From: an uncultured Porphyromonadaceae bacterium
GTDB lineage: Bacteria > Bacteroidota > Bacteroidia > Bacteroidales > UBA12481
Direction: 5' to 3'
NCBI GenBank assembly: GCA_964465145.1
Contig: CAYXJR010000001.1
Location: 23,663-87,662 of the forward strand
Length of the DNA stretch: 64,000 bases
Shown here: piece after piece, positions 1 to 10,963 of the stretch
Numbering within the stretch: position 1 is the stretch's first letter
How the letters are laid out: each line of letters opens with the position of its first letter
Translations under genes and position numbers: made by a program
Notes under the pieces: model-generated
Told to the model about the DNA's origin: nothing
The model's input: the letters and a program-made list of their open reading frames with translations, nothing else
The model's database searches: none

Positions 1-1
1 A

Positions 2-2230
2 CACAAGGCTGCAACCATCCTTGATGTGGCAACACAAAGCGGTATCTACATTCCGTCGCTCTGTGCGCATCCGGAATTGACTCCGTACGGAGGTTGCAGA
101 TTATGTCTGGTCGAAATTGAAGGGAAAAAGGGATACCCAACGGCTTGTACCACATTCGTTGAGGAAGGCATGGTCATACGCACCGATACCAAAACCTTGA
201 AAGAGATGCGTACGGATCTGATACAGTTGATTTTAAGCGAACATCCGGCTGCATGCCTGATGTGTGAAGACGTGGATGGATGCTCCGGATACCAAGAAAC
301 AATTAGGAAAGTGGGAATTACAACCGGCTGCCGCTGGTGCCCGAAAGATAAGGATTGTGACTTTCAGCGGATCGTTGAACATCTTGATATCCATGAATTG
401 ACACTACCCGGGCTTTATCGGGACCTTCCCCTTGAAAAATATGATCCATTCTTTGACCGTGATTATAACCTATGTATTTATTGTGGAAGATGTGTCAGAA
501 TCTGTAACGAATCCCGTAAGAGTTCGGTTTTATCACTGAAACAACGGGGCAAGCAAACCATGATCGGGCCCGCCTTTGAAGCCACACATATTGATGCAGA
601 TTGTGAATTTTGTGGAGCCTGCGTTTCTGTCTGCCCAACCGGAGCCATGTCTGAGAAAAGCCGCAAATGGTGGGGCGTTCCTGAAGCTTATGAATCCACC
701 GTTTGTCCGCTCTGCAGCATGAATTGCGATTTGCAGGTACTCACCCTGAGGGACCGGGTGGTCGGGACAATACCACCGGGTAAACCGCACGAATCTGGTG
801 GTGAACTTTGCGTAAAAGGAAGGTTTTGCCTTACTGAACTGGTCAATCGTACCGAAAGGATACTGGAACCGGAATTCCGGTATGATGAAGGGTATGGAAT
901 TGTGTCGTGGGATGTGGCATTGGAAAAAGCAGGTGAGATATTGGAAGACTTAAAACCGAAACGTTCGGCCGTCTTATTATCACCCAGTTTAACATTACAG
1001 GAATTTGACCTGGCTAACCAATTTGCGCAAGAGATTTTAAAAACCCAACTGATTTCTGCCTCATACATTGATGAATCCCTGCTGGCTTATATGAGCCTGG
1101 CCCGTGAGTCCATTACGATGGATGAATTGAATAAAGCTGATTCCGTTGTTTCTGTTTTCCTTGACGGCAATTACAGATACGCTCCATTGACTTTGGCAAT
1201 TAAGGATCTCGCCTCTAAGGGAGTACCTTATTACCAGGCAGGGTGGATCCGTGATACAACCACAAGATTTGCCACCACGAAAATAGTCCCTTTACCCGGC
1301 CGGGAAACAGAGTGTTTTGATCAATTCCAACCCTATTTGAAAGAAAAAAATCATGGTGTCATCATTGTAGGTCCGGAAGTTATATCGCTCACGAACGGAT
1401 TGAAAATACTGGATGAAATCAAAAGGATTGCTCAACAGACCGATTCCGGGTTGATAATGCCCAATCCATTTGGCAACCTCGACGGGATGCTTTCAATAGT
1501 TAATTACCATCTTTACAAGGATGTAATCAATAGTATTGAAGCGGGTGAAATAGACCTACTCTACCTTATAGGAGATGCTCCCTTTAATGAAAGACCAAAA
1601 GTCGGTAAAATCATTTACCAGAATTCTTACCCAGCTCCGTCAGGTTTGGAACCTGATCTTATTTTACCAGCCACCCTGTGGAGTGAATCAGGAGGTAGCT
1701 ATCTCAATATCTTTGGTCAGATAAAAAATGCCAAATCGGTTGCCAAACCGCATGGATATGCATTATCCCATCAGGAAATATTCAAGCGGATTTCGAAGAA
1801 ACTGAATAAAGGGATACAAAAATCTTCTGAGAAGAACATTAAGGAATTGATAAAAAGCAGGAAGTCCATCAAAGTAAAAAGAAATGGAATTGACCACTTA
1901 TCAGGCTCTTCCGGCAAAGAATATCCTTTTGTGTTGATATGGCAAAAACCCCAACATGTACATCACAATCTTGACCTGAGTGAAGGGGTTGAGGGATTTG
2001 GGGAATTGGTTAAATCGGATCAGGTGATCCTGCATCCCATAGATGCCCGTAACATCGGCATCCAAAAAGGCGATATGGTTGAATTGGTTTCCGTAAAAGC
2101 CAGGCATCAATATCCTGTGACAATCAGAAATCTTGTCACTCCCGGATATGTTTTTCTGGTAACCTCAAACGGGAATCTGGAATTTGAAAGTAATCCTTGT
2201 CCTGTTAAAGTAAATACTGCCAATGTTTGA
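2..2230 (+). CDS. NuoG/FdhA-like Fe-S oxidoreductase subunit (2Fe-2S, 4Fe-4S clusters, molybdopterin-oxidoreductase fold); 5' end lies outside the window
   Basis: IPSLC..CRLCLVE..TAC (2Fe-2S), HPAACLMC, CIYCGRCVRIC / CEFCGACVSVCP ferredoxin motifs, CPLCSMNC..CVKGRF. Frame is open from position 2. Confidence 0.85.
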   Translation, partial: HKAATILDVATQSGIYIPSLCAHPELTPYGGCRLCLVEIEGKKGYPTACTTFVEEGMVIRTDTKTLKEMRTDLIQLILSEHPAACLMCEDVDGCSGYQETIRKVGITTGCRWCPKDKDCDFQRIVEHLDIHELTLPGLYRDLPLEKYDPFFDRDYNLCIYCGRCVRICNESRKSSVLSLKQRGKQTMIGPAFEATHIDADCEFCGACVSVCPTGAMSEKSRKWWGVPEAYESTVCPLCSMNCDLQVLTLRDRVVGTIPPGKPHESGGELCVKGRFCLTELVNRTERILEPEFRYDEGYGIVSWDVALEKAGEILEDLKPKRSAVLLSPSLTLQEFDLANQFAQEILKTQLISASYIDESLLAYMSLARESITMDELNKADSVVSVFLDGNYRYAPLTLAIKDLASKGVPYYQAGWIRDTTTRFATTKIVPLPGRETECFDQFQPYLKEKNHGVIIVGPEVISLTNGLKILDEIKRIAQQTDSGLIMPNPFGNLDGMLSIVNYHLYKDVINSIEAGEIDLLYLIGDAPFNERPKVGKIIYQNSYPAPSGLEPDLILPATLWSESGGSYLNIFGQIKNAKSVAKPHGYALSHQEIFKRISKKLNKGIQKSSEKNIKELIKSRKSIKVKRNGIDHLSGSSGKEYPFVLIWQKPQHVHHNLDLSEGVEGFGELVKSDQVILHPIDARNIGIQKGDMVELVSVKARHQYPVTIRNLVTPGYVFLVTSNGNLEFESNPCPVKVNTANV

Positions 2231-3053
2231 AATCCTTGAAAGAAAAATGATCGTACCGAACCTCCACCTCCTCGTGGTGCATGCTCCGGATGTTGTCGCA
2301 GAGATCCAGCCTGGACAATTCGTCATTGTGCATGCAGGTGAAGGCGCCGAAAGAATACCTCTTTCCGCGGCTGACTGGAACCGGGACAACGGTACCCTCT
2401 CCATTGTTTTTATGGAGGTGGGAACTTCCACCGGAAAACTTGCCGGTCTCGAACCGGGAGATCAGATTCCCACAGTAGTCGGGCCGCTGGGCAAACCGGT
2501 AGAAATTGATAATTTCGGCACCGTGATTTGTATCGGTGGTTGCTTTGGAATGGGCTCTATCTATCCAGTGGTCAGAGCCTTGAAAGAAAAAGGGAACCAG
2601 GTAATCACAATTCTCGAAGGCCGAAGTAAGAATCTGCTCTATTGGGAGGATAGACTGTCAGCATACAGCGACCGGGTGATCAAACTGACACGTGATGGGA
2701 GCTATGGGTATAAGGGCCATATAAAAAAGGGTAATGATATTATAAGGGAACTAGGTTTGGTTCCCAACAGGGTGATTGCCAATGGATGTACTACATTATC
2801 CTACATGACTACCCGGGAATATGCGCATTATAATATCCCTATCATCGTAACCCTGAACACCATCATGATTGATGGTACAGGCATGTGCGGGGTCTGTCGT
2901 TGCACTGTGGATGGGAAGATGAAATTTGCCTGTGTGGATGGTCCCAATTTCGACGGCCGTTATGTCGATTGGGAAGAATTGGCCAAGCGAAGGAAACAGT
3001 ATATCAGCGAGGAAGCCTTTCTTGTTCATCATTCAGGATGTGGAGGACATTGA
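2223..3053 (+). CDS. nfnA: NADH-dependent ferredoxin:NADP+ oxidoreductase small subunit (NfnA/SudB family)
   Basis: PGQFVIV..ERIPLS, GPLG and MIDGTGMCGVCRC..KFACVDGP motifs; directly upstream of a GltD-like gene. Confidence 0.9.
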   Translation: MFEILERKMIVPNLHLLVVHAPDVVAEIQPGQFVIVHAGEGAERIPLSAADWNRDNGTLSIVFMEVGTSTGKLAGLEPGDQIPTVVGPLGKPVEIDNFGTVICIGGCFGMGSIYPVVRALKEKGNQVITILEGRSKNLLYWEDRLSAYSDRVIKLTRDGSYGYKGHIKKGNDIIRELGLVPNRVIANGCTTLSYMTTREYAHYNIPIIVTLNTIMIDGTGMCGVCRCTVDGKMKFACVDGPNFDGRYVDWEELAKRRKQYISEEAFLVHHSGCGGH

Positions 3054-3054
3054 C

Positions 3055-4455
3055 ATGGCTGAGAAGAAAAAAATCAATTATGTCCGGATCGACATGCCCA
3101 AGCAACCTCCCTATATCAGGCGAAGAAATTTTAAAGAGGTTGCCCTGGGATACACTGAGGAAATGGCTGTTGAGGAAGCCAGCAGATGTCTGGATTGTAA
3201 AAAACCGTTTTGTGTGGAGGGTTGTCCTGTTGAGATCGACATTCCTGGCTTTATCAGGCGTATTGCGAGCCGGGATTTCACCGGTGCAATCAAAACCCTG
3301 AAAGAAAAAAACTGCCTACCGGCAGTATGCGGACGAGTTTGTCCCCAGGAAGAGCAGTGTGAAATTAAGTGCATATTGGGTAAAAAAGGTTCACCTGTGG
3401 CTATCGGACGCCTCGAACGATTTGCGGCAGAATGGGAAGCCGCACAACCTCATATGGACTTGCCTGAAATAATGAAGAGTACCGGGAAGAAAGTTCTGGT
3501 GATCGGTTCCGGCCCGGCCGGCATCACTGTGGCCGGCGACCTGATTTTACTCGGGCATGATGTAACTATGTATGAAGCTCTTCATGTACCTGGAGGAGTG
3601 CTGACTTATGGAATCCCGGAATTTCGCCTGCCCGGCAAAGTGGTTAATCAGGAAATCAACTACTTACAGCAACTCGGTATTAAATTGCGTTGCAATTATG
3701 TTGTTGGAAAAACCAAATCGCTTGACAAACTTCTCGACGAATACGATACGGCTTTCCTCGGCACCGGTGCCGGACTTCCATGGTTCATGGATATACCCGG
3801 TGAAAATCTTAATGGGGTCTATTCTGCCAATGAGTACCTGACCCGTGTAAACCTGATGAAAGGCTTTCAGTTTCCTAAGGCTTATACACCGGTAATACGA
3901 CATCGGAAAGTAGCCGTTGTAGGAGGTGGCAATGTAGCCATGGACTGTGCCCGGACTGCCCTTCGTTTGGGGGCCGAAGAGGTTTATATAGTCTACCGCA
4001 GGTCCCAAACTGAATTGCCGGCAAGATTGGAAGAGTTTGAAAATGCAGAGGAAGAAGGGGTTATTTTTCATTTCTTAACGCTGCCTGAAAAGTTGATCGG
4101 CAATGAGAATGGATGGCTTAAGGAAATGGAATGCTGTAAAATGGAACTGGGTGAACCAGACCAGTCGGGCCGAAGAAGGCCCATCCGTGTAGACCACTCT
4201 GAATTCCGGATGGAGATGGATGCCTGCATTGTTGCTATTGGGAACAGTCCCAATCCCATCATTCCGGATACAACTCCCGGCTTGGAAATATCCAGGAAGG
4301 GCACAATCGTTGTCGATGAAACTACCGGCAAAACATCCATCGACCGGGTTTGGGCAGGAGGGGATATCGTAACCGGAGCAGCAACCGTTATTCTGGCAAT
4401 GGGTGCCGGGCGAACTGCAGCCAAGGCTATGCATAAGTATTTAACGGAAATGTGA
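3055..4455 (+). CDS. nfnB: NfnB/SudA (GltD-like flavoprotein large subunit)
   Basis: EASRCLDC..CVEGCP, CGRVCPQEEQCE, GSGPAG, GGGNVAMDCAR, GGDIVTGAATVILAMGAG. Real start is the ATG at 3055, just after the nfnA stop. Confidence 0.92.
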   Translation: MAEKKKINYVRIDMPKQPPYIRRRNFKEVALGYTEEMAVEEASRCLDCKKPFCVEGCPVEIDIPGFIRRIASRDFTGAIKTLKEKNCLPAVCGRVCPQEEQCEIKCILGKKGSPVAIGRLERFAAEWEAAQPHMDLPEIMKSTGKKVLVIGSGPAGITVAGDLILLGHDVTMYEALHVPGGVLTYGIPEFRLPGKVVNQEINYLQQLGIKLRCNYVVGKTKSLDKLLDEYDTAFLGTGAGLPWFMDIPGENLNGVYSANEYLTRVNLMKGFQFPKAYTPVIRHRKVAVVGGGNVAMDCARTALRLGAEEVYIVYRRSQTELPARLEEFENAEEEGVIFHFLTLPEKLIGNENGWLKEMECCKMELGEPDQSGRRRPIRVDHSEFRMEMDACIVAIGNSPNPIIPDTTPGLEISRKGTIVVDETTGKTSIDRVWAGGDIVTGAATVILAMGAGRTAAKAMHKYLTEM

Positions 4456-4570
4456 TTTGCCACTTGGGGTTCAACCCGCACACCCGGTTCAATGGGAGGT
4501 GTAGGATTATCGGGGAAAGTGATCTCACCCCAATCCGGTAAGAGGCAGCAATCCTTTATCTTGACATTTT

Positions 4571-4723
4571 ATGAAAAAAACAACCTATTCTATCATCACC
4601 TTGGCCACTGTAGCCCTTTTAGTGATCTGTTTCGGATGTCAAAAAATCTTGTTCTTAAATTATTCAGATAAGATAAACCTGGAGTTTGTCAACGTAGCTG
4701 CTGGTACAATACAGCGGAAGTAA
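4571..4723 (+). pseudogene. 5' remnant of a lipoprotein gene (signal peptide only)
   Basis: MKKTTYSIITLATVALLVICFGCQK followed by a stop after 50 codons, next to an IS end. Confidence 0.4.
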
Positions 4724-4793
4724 CACAGTCTACCATGCTTACCATTTTTAGCGCCTTATTCGTGTGCAAGGCAAGTTAATTTTCTTTGGTAAG

Positions 4794-4844
4794 CTGTGCA
4801 GTTTTCAACCGGTGGACCTGTGCAATTTTCACCCGGTATTTACA
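4794..4844. mobile_element. Solitary IS21-family-like terminal repeat region
   Basis: Two 19-bp imperfect direct repeats, CTGTGCAGTTTTCAACCGG (4794-4812) and CTGTGCAATTTTCACCCGG (4818-4836), followed by terminal TTTACA (TGT.. on the minus strand). This is the architecture of IS21 ends. No istA/istB in the window. Confidence 0.6.
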
Positions 4845-5006
4845 TGCGGGCGAGTAACCCCAGTTTTCAATGAGACAATTATTGTAATAAGGAGGATTGT
4901 ACGGAGCCATGATTACAGGAGAAGGTGTAAATCCTTCCCCATTACAGGAAGTACAAACGACTCACCGCGTTCGTAATAGTTCTTTGATGGCAAAGCTAAC
5001 TTCTAT

Positions 5007-6643
5007 TTGGTAGATGCGATACAATTGGCTGTCAATCCATTAGCAGAGCAATTTGTTGTTATGTACAGAAATTCTAAGCCTTGGTTTCCGCCAATTAATT
5101 CAGCAGGTCTCAGTAAGTCAGGATCCGGGCGAATTTTCAACATCACCCTGCTTGAGAAATTGCGAGAAGCTGAACAATATGAATATGTTCAGAATAGGTA
5201 TCAAAATGCCATCTCGATTTATCAAAACTTGATAGAATTAACAAACGAAAAGAATGACCAGGCTCAGTTTTTAAACCATATTGCCCGAAATCAAATCAAA
5301 ATGAATGATTATACCCGGGCCATCACCAGCTATCAAAAAATAATATCCGATTATCCTGGAACCATTACAACCTCAGGCATTCCACTCTCTATTTCTGCCG
5401 GAATGGAATTGGGTCAATGCTATCAGAAAACAGGAAATGAGGATGGTGCCATTCAGGCTGACCTGGATGCTTTCAGGATAGTGCTTACCTCTTGGGGAAT
5501 TTTGACCATCGACCAATTCAATACCTACGCCATAGCCATACAAGAATCTTTTAATACGCTGCTTAAAGCTTTTCCTGAAGATAAATCAGAAAATGAAGAA
5601 TATAATAAGGAGTTTGAAAGGCTTAATACTGATTATAAGGATAAAATTGCAAAATGGAAGGTGATCAATATGTTGAAAGATGAGTGCATTCCTGACATGA
5701 GCAAAGAATTACAAATCTCAATGGCAGAATTATTTATGGAGATTCCAATGAATCCACGGATTTAACAAAAACCACCAGCTTTTTTGAAAACAATTTTCCT
5801 CCGTGGAGAATAGAACTCATGAATACTCAAGGCAGGGGAATAATTTTCTCAGCCATTTATAACAGTTTTTATTTCTGGACTATTATCACGCTGATTATCA
5901 TATTGGTTTTCGGAGTAACCCTGATAGGCAGGACTCTTTCGCATGAAATAGAGGTGCTGAAAATAAAATCAGAATTTGTCTCCTCTGTGTCTCATGAATT
6001 TAAAACCCCCATTACCTCCATTAAAGGATTAATTGAGCGTCTTATTGAAGGGAAAGTAAATGATCCAGAAAGAATGAAGGAATATTTTTCCGTGATCGCA
6101 CAGGATGCAGAGAATCTTAGCAGGCTGGTTGGCAATTTCCTGAATTTCGCAAAGATCGAAGAGGGAAAAGATCAGTATGATTTTATTGATACCGACCTTG
6201 GAAAATGGCTGAGAAATACGGTTGCGAATTTCAGAAAAGAGAGTATCTGGACGGGAATTAATTTTTCCACTCAGATCGCGTCAGATATTCCTTCTTTCCC
6301 GATCGATCAAAATCACATGACACTGGCTATTAATAACTTAATTGATAATGCAGTCAAATATTCAAGCGGAAAGATTGAAGTTAAAATCAAGCTTGAAAAG
6401 TGCGAGAACACTATACAGATTAAAATAGAGGATCATGGTATCGGGATTCCGAAAAAAGAATTGTCGAAAATATTCGAGAAATTCTACCAGGGGGATAATG
6501 CTGCTAGTCTTTCGGTCACGGGTACCGGTCTCGGATTGACGCTGGTTAAGCGTATCGTTGAAGCTCACGGAGGATTGGTGGAGGTAGAGAGCGAACCCGG
6601 AAAGGGAAGCACCTTTATTCTGACATTACCTATACAGAGTTAA
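5007..6643 (+). pseudogene. TPR-containing sensor histidine kinase, 5'-truncated and frameshifted near 5705
   Basis: TPR segment in 5007-5765. A second frame is open from about 5702 (ITNLNGRIIYGD..FENNFPPWRIEL) through a TM helix, H-box VSHEFKTP, N-box NLIDNAVKY and G-boxes DHGIG/GTGLGL. Confidence 0.75.
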
Positions 6644-6660
6644 ACCTAAAATATATCACT

Positions 6661-7350
6661 ATGGGCAAAAAAATTCTGATTGTCGAAGATAATGTAGGAA
6701 TTCAGATGAGCCTCAAAGATGAATTCGAATCCGAGGGATACCAGGTGAGTATTGCCATCAATGGGCAGGAGGGGTTGGATAAAGCAAAGGATGAGCATCC
6801 CGACCTGATCATTCTGGATATTATGCTTCCCCTGGTGAATGGTTATGAAGTATGCCAGAGGCTCAGGAAAGCAGGCGACCACGCCCCGATTATCATGCTG
6901 ACAGTGAAAGACAAAGAGATCGACAAGATACTGGGTTTGGAACTCGGCGCAGATGATTACGTCACCAAACCTTTCAGTTTGAGGGAGATGGTATCAAGAG
7001 TCAAGACCATTTTTCGCAGGATGGGAGAATATGCAGCTGGCAGCGACACCGGGCGTATTGGGGAAACCGAGCTCGATTTTAAACGGTATGAAGCAAAAAA
7101 GCAAGGACAACTCATCGAATTTACACCCCTGGAGTTTCAATTACTGCATTATATGGTAAACAATCAGGATCAGGTTCTAACCCGGAACGATATCCTGGAA
7201 AAGGTATGGGGGGAAAATAACACCGTGATCTCCCTGCGTACTATCGACAGTCATATTACCAATATCCGCAAGAAGCTTGAAGACGACCCCTCCAACCCGA
7301 AATTCATTTTGAACATTCGTGGTGTAGGTTATAAATTAATTAGCACTTAG
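6661..7350 (+). CDS. OmpR/PhoB-family response regulator
   Basis: KILIVED, DLIILDIMLP, GADDYVTKPF and winged helix RTIDSHITNIRKKLE..RGVGY. Confidence 0.95.
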   Translation: MGKKILIVEDNVGIQMSLKDEFESEGYQVSIAINGQEGLDKAKDEHPDLIILDIMLPLVNGYEVCQRLRKAGDHAPIIMLTVKDKEIDKILGLELGADDYVTKPFSLREMVSRVKTIFRRMGEYAAGSDTGRIGETELDFKRYEAKKQGQLIEFTPLEFQLLHYMVNNQDQVLTRNDILEKVWGENNTVISLRTIDSHITNIRKKLEDDPSNPKFILNIRGVGYKLIST

Positions 7351-7449
7351 ATCTGATACAAGTGGCAATATTCCACCATATCTCAACACTTCCTGAACCG
7401 TTCCCGGAAATGGGTCCGGTAATTTTACACTAAAAAATAGGAGGTTGCT

Positions 7450-10176
7450 ATGAAAACAATTAGAAACTCATTAAAACACTCATTTAGAACACTGCTGCTT
7501 ATTTTAGTATGCCTAATCTTCATCGGCACTGAAATCGTTTAACAAGATTATCAAAGATTTTCCCGGCAGCAATCTGGTGCCGGTAGCTGAATTGATGATT
7601 GGTCAGATTCAGCAACCCACAGCAATGAAGCCCCAAAAAAGTACTGCTGTAGTATTGGACGATAAATCAATTCTTGACACGGTTACAGGAATCAAGTACA
7701 CCAAAGTCAATACCTGGGCAGGGCAAAATGACGTTATAAAAACAGCAGGTTCAATAACAGGTATTTCACCTACAGGTAAATTCTTGCTGGCTGATCATAC
7801 GGTTGTCCTGTTTGATAATACAAATTTTCTTAAATTGTTTGACCCGCTTGATTCACCCATAAAAAGCAGATTGTCTCCTGATGGATCCCGGGTTGCATTC
7901 ATCACAGAAAATGGTATTTCTCAAATTCCGGTTTCTCCTGAAACAGGAAGACCCACAGGATCGGCTCAAAAGCTTTATACATTTGACCAGCTAATCTACA
8001 ATTCATATGATCTCAACTGGTCTCTAGACGGGAAAACCCTTATTTTTTCTTTGGTTGGAGAAGATCAAAAAGCAGGTTTATCGACACTTTCAATTAAGGA
8101 CGGCATATTGAAAAAGGTATTGAATTCTACTCAATACAATTCTTATCATCCTGTCTTTTCGAAGAATGGAATGAATAATCTTTATTTCGTAAACGGAAAC
8201 GTCATTTTAAAATCAAGTATAACAGGAAAGTCAGTTGTAATAATCGACTCGTTATACGGATATAAAATTAAGACAGCCATGTCACCAGATGACCAATGGT
8301 TGATCTACAATAAAACTACAGATGCACAGTACCTGTTCCGCTTGGAAGATAAACAAAAGTGCGAATTGTCTGCTCCGGAAGAAGTAGGAGAATTCGTTTC
8401 ATGGGCAAATGAAGCTAATAAAATCATCTATTATCATTCTTCGTATGACGATCAATCGTTGTTAAAAGTCATTTCAGTCTATGGCGGACCTTCTCTTGAA
8501 TATGGGATTCAATACGGGGATTATCCCAAAATCTGGACCCCTGATTGTAAATCAATCGTGGCTGTGAAAAGAGAAAACATTAAAGATTTCTTTGGTAAAA
8601 CAAGCTTGAATATGATCAATTTGTACGACCAGGAAGCAAAACCAATTGAAGGCATAACTGACTTTAATAACTTTACTATTTCTCCGGATTTCACCAAAAT
8701 ATTAGTCCATCATATTATTAAAGGAAAATTGACTCCTCTTTATGTATTGCCTTTTTCGTGGAAAAATTGCAGGGTAACTGGTAAAGCCATTTCAATTATT
8801 AAAGATTATTCCGGATTCCTTAAGGATGATATGTGGTCCCCCGATGGGAAAAAAATTGCTGCTGCTTTAAATGGAAACATCTGGATTTATGATGCAGAAG
8901 GAGAGGCCAGACAACAACTAACAAAAGGAAATACATTGGTCTGGTTTTTCAAATGGTCACCAGATGGTAATGCACTAGCAGTCAAATTTCGAAATACTAA
9001 TCAACTTCAAATTATTAAATCATCTAATGGTGAGGTTCTTCATACTTTTGATAAAATTGAAAGTTTTGACTGGACACGTGACGGGAAAGAAATCACGATT
9101 GCTTTTTCGGACGGTCAAATAAACTCTATTGTTCTTGCATCGGGTAAATCCCGAAAAATTGCCAATTGGAAAGAGATAAGTCGTTCCTTCTCCCTAAATG
9201 AGTTATCCTAGTCACCTGATGGCAAATGGTTAGGTTAGGGATTAACGGAGACGGAATTCATCTGATAAATGCTGCCGACGGAAAAGTAACAGAGTTGGAT
9301 GCAGATGATACAATGGACAAATACGGATTTATTTGGTCACCCGACAGTAAATGGGTATCCTATTATACCTACGATCCGAAAAAGGTTAGACCGGAGGGTA
9401 CATTATGGGAAGCTGACCTGACTGATTTTATGAAAAAAATCAAACCGGGGACTGAGAAAGGCTTTGCAGCAGATTTTGATTTCAAAACACTTGCGTTACC
9501 GGATGGTGGAATTGTTGCTGATGGTACATTCACCGATAGCCGTGACGGGCACGTTTATAAATACAAAAAAATAGGGACACAAACCTGGATGGCCGAAAAC
9601 CTGGCCTACCTGCCTAAAGTTCATCCGGACTCAGATACTTCTTCTGTTGATAAACGCTTTTATGTTTATGGATTTAAGGATATGGATGTTAATGTAGCGA
9701 AAAACACCGAAAATTATCAAAAATTTGGAGTCCTGTATAATTGGCCAGCTGCTGTAAATGGAGCATCTGGAAACAATTCAGTACTCAGCGACAAGCAGGG
9801 GGCCTGCCCGGCGGGTTGGCATGTGCCCAGCGATACAGAATGGATGCTTCTGGAAAAAAATCTGGGGATGAATGAAGCTGATTTAGTAAAAGAAGGTAAA
9901 CGTTACTCAGGTTATGTATATAAGAAATTGAAATCTCTCATAGGATGGGACGATGACGATATTTTCATCGGACAAAGTGGATTTAATGCGCTACCGGGCG
10001 GTTTAGAGTATCGCGGAGCAAGCGTAGCATTGAATCAAACAGTTTACTTTTGGACATCTACACCTTTTGATGATAGAAGAGCAGCATACCGTAATTTTTT
10101 CTATGGGACAGGCATTTATCGAACTCTGAAGGCTCCCATGGAAATGGGACTTTCTGTCCGCTGCGTGAAAAACTAG
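7450..10176 (+). pseudogene. Secreted TolB-like (PD40/WD40) beta-propeller protein with C-terminal Fibrobacter major paralogous (FISUMP) domain; disrupted
   Basis: Signal peptide from ATG 7450 and a frame break near 7540. Repeated WSPDG motifs, a TGG>TAG stop at 9209 inside (W)SPDGKW, and a 5-bp duplication at 9228-9237. FISUMP motifs TDSRDG..IGTQTWMAENL, LYNW, CPAGWHVPSD, SVRCVK. Confidence 0.75.
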
Positions 10177-10205
10177 CGGAATTTAGGCTGAGATGTTAAA
10201 TTTGT

Positions 10206-10241
10206 AAAGAGGAGCGTCTTTACTGACGCTTTCTTTTTTTT
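10206..10241 (+). terminator. Rho-independent terminator
   Basis: AAAGAGGAGCGTC-TTTACT-GACGCTTTCTTT hairpin plus T-run, 30 nt after the stop at 10176. Confidence 0.75.
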
Positions 10242-10631
10242 GGTTTTGTCGTGTCTGCGAAGCAAAATTTAAAGAAGACAATAGACCTGCTTTGTCAGCT
10301 AGCCAAGGAACAGAATGAATTGAACGGAGTTATCTTTACTTTAAGAACAACAACGTCCAATAGGTTTTGACTTTAAACACAGAGAAGACAATCCATTCGT
10401 AGCCAATATCAGTTTCGTTTGAGTTATCGTGATATCTTGACTTTGTTGATCACCGGTTTTTCATTTGCATATTGTCGGTGAACACCTCAATACACTTCCC
10501 TGATCAAACGGTGGAGCATTTTTCCTTTATGCCAGATTGGCGACAAAATAGTGTCAGGATTTTGGGATTCAGGTCGAAACACTTTGAGGATTTTTCGGTT
10601 AGATAATGTATAAATCTCAGTGATAATACCT

Positions 10632-10892
10632 TTAAAAAGACTTATTAAGCTTGGCAATAAGATTACGGGCTCTTTTTACTTGACCCTCAAGACCGATCGG
10701 GTCCTGGTTCGGGAACCATTTTTGAAAATCATTCAACCACCATTTACCTGAATTAGACTGAAACTGCTCTTCCAATGTCGTTGATGCAGATTTTAACTGT
10801 ACACAAATCGTTACATAATCCGAATCCAGTGGTATTTTGTAGAAAAAACGGATATGCTGACCAGTCCCTGCCGTTTTCAGGTAAAATATCAC
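10632..10892 (-). pseudogene. Probable 3' fragment of an unknown gene
   Basis: 86-codon ORF without a convincing start, in a region of gene remnants. Confidence 0.3.
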
Positions 10893-10963
10893 TTGCTTTC
10901 CAAAAGGAAACTCCTACTTTTAGATTTTAGGACCAATGGAACAAAAATTAGTAGAATTAATCA

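Noticed and set aside
2926-3054. N-terminal extension of nfnB in the ORF track
   Set aside because: It overlaps the conserved C-terminus of nfnA; the ATG at 3055 fits the family.
4460-4560. Hairpin-rich segment after nfnB as a riboswitch or ncRNA
   Set aside because: One imperfect stem and no recognisable family consensus.
9209-9211. In-frame TAG at a Trp position, suggesting stop-codon recoding
   Set aside because: The same gene has other lesions, and TAG ends several normal genes (7350, 10176, 25208, 43646, 56381). It is a simple TGG>TAG nonsense change.
9520-10176. FISUMP domain as a diversity-generating retroelement target
   Set aside because: No reverse transcriptase and no template repeat were seen in the window.
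10500-10613. Possible WYL-domain remnant (FWDSGRNTLRIFRLDNV)
   Set aside because: Only a short motif in a frame-broken region; too weak to call without a search.
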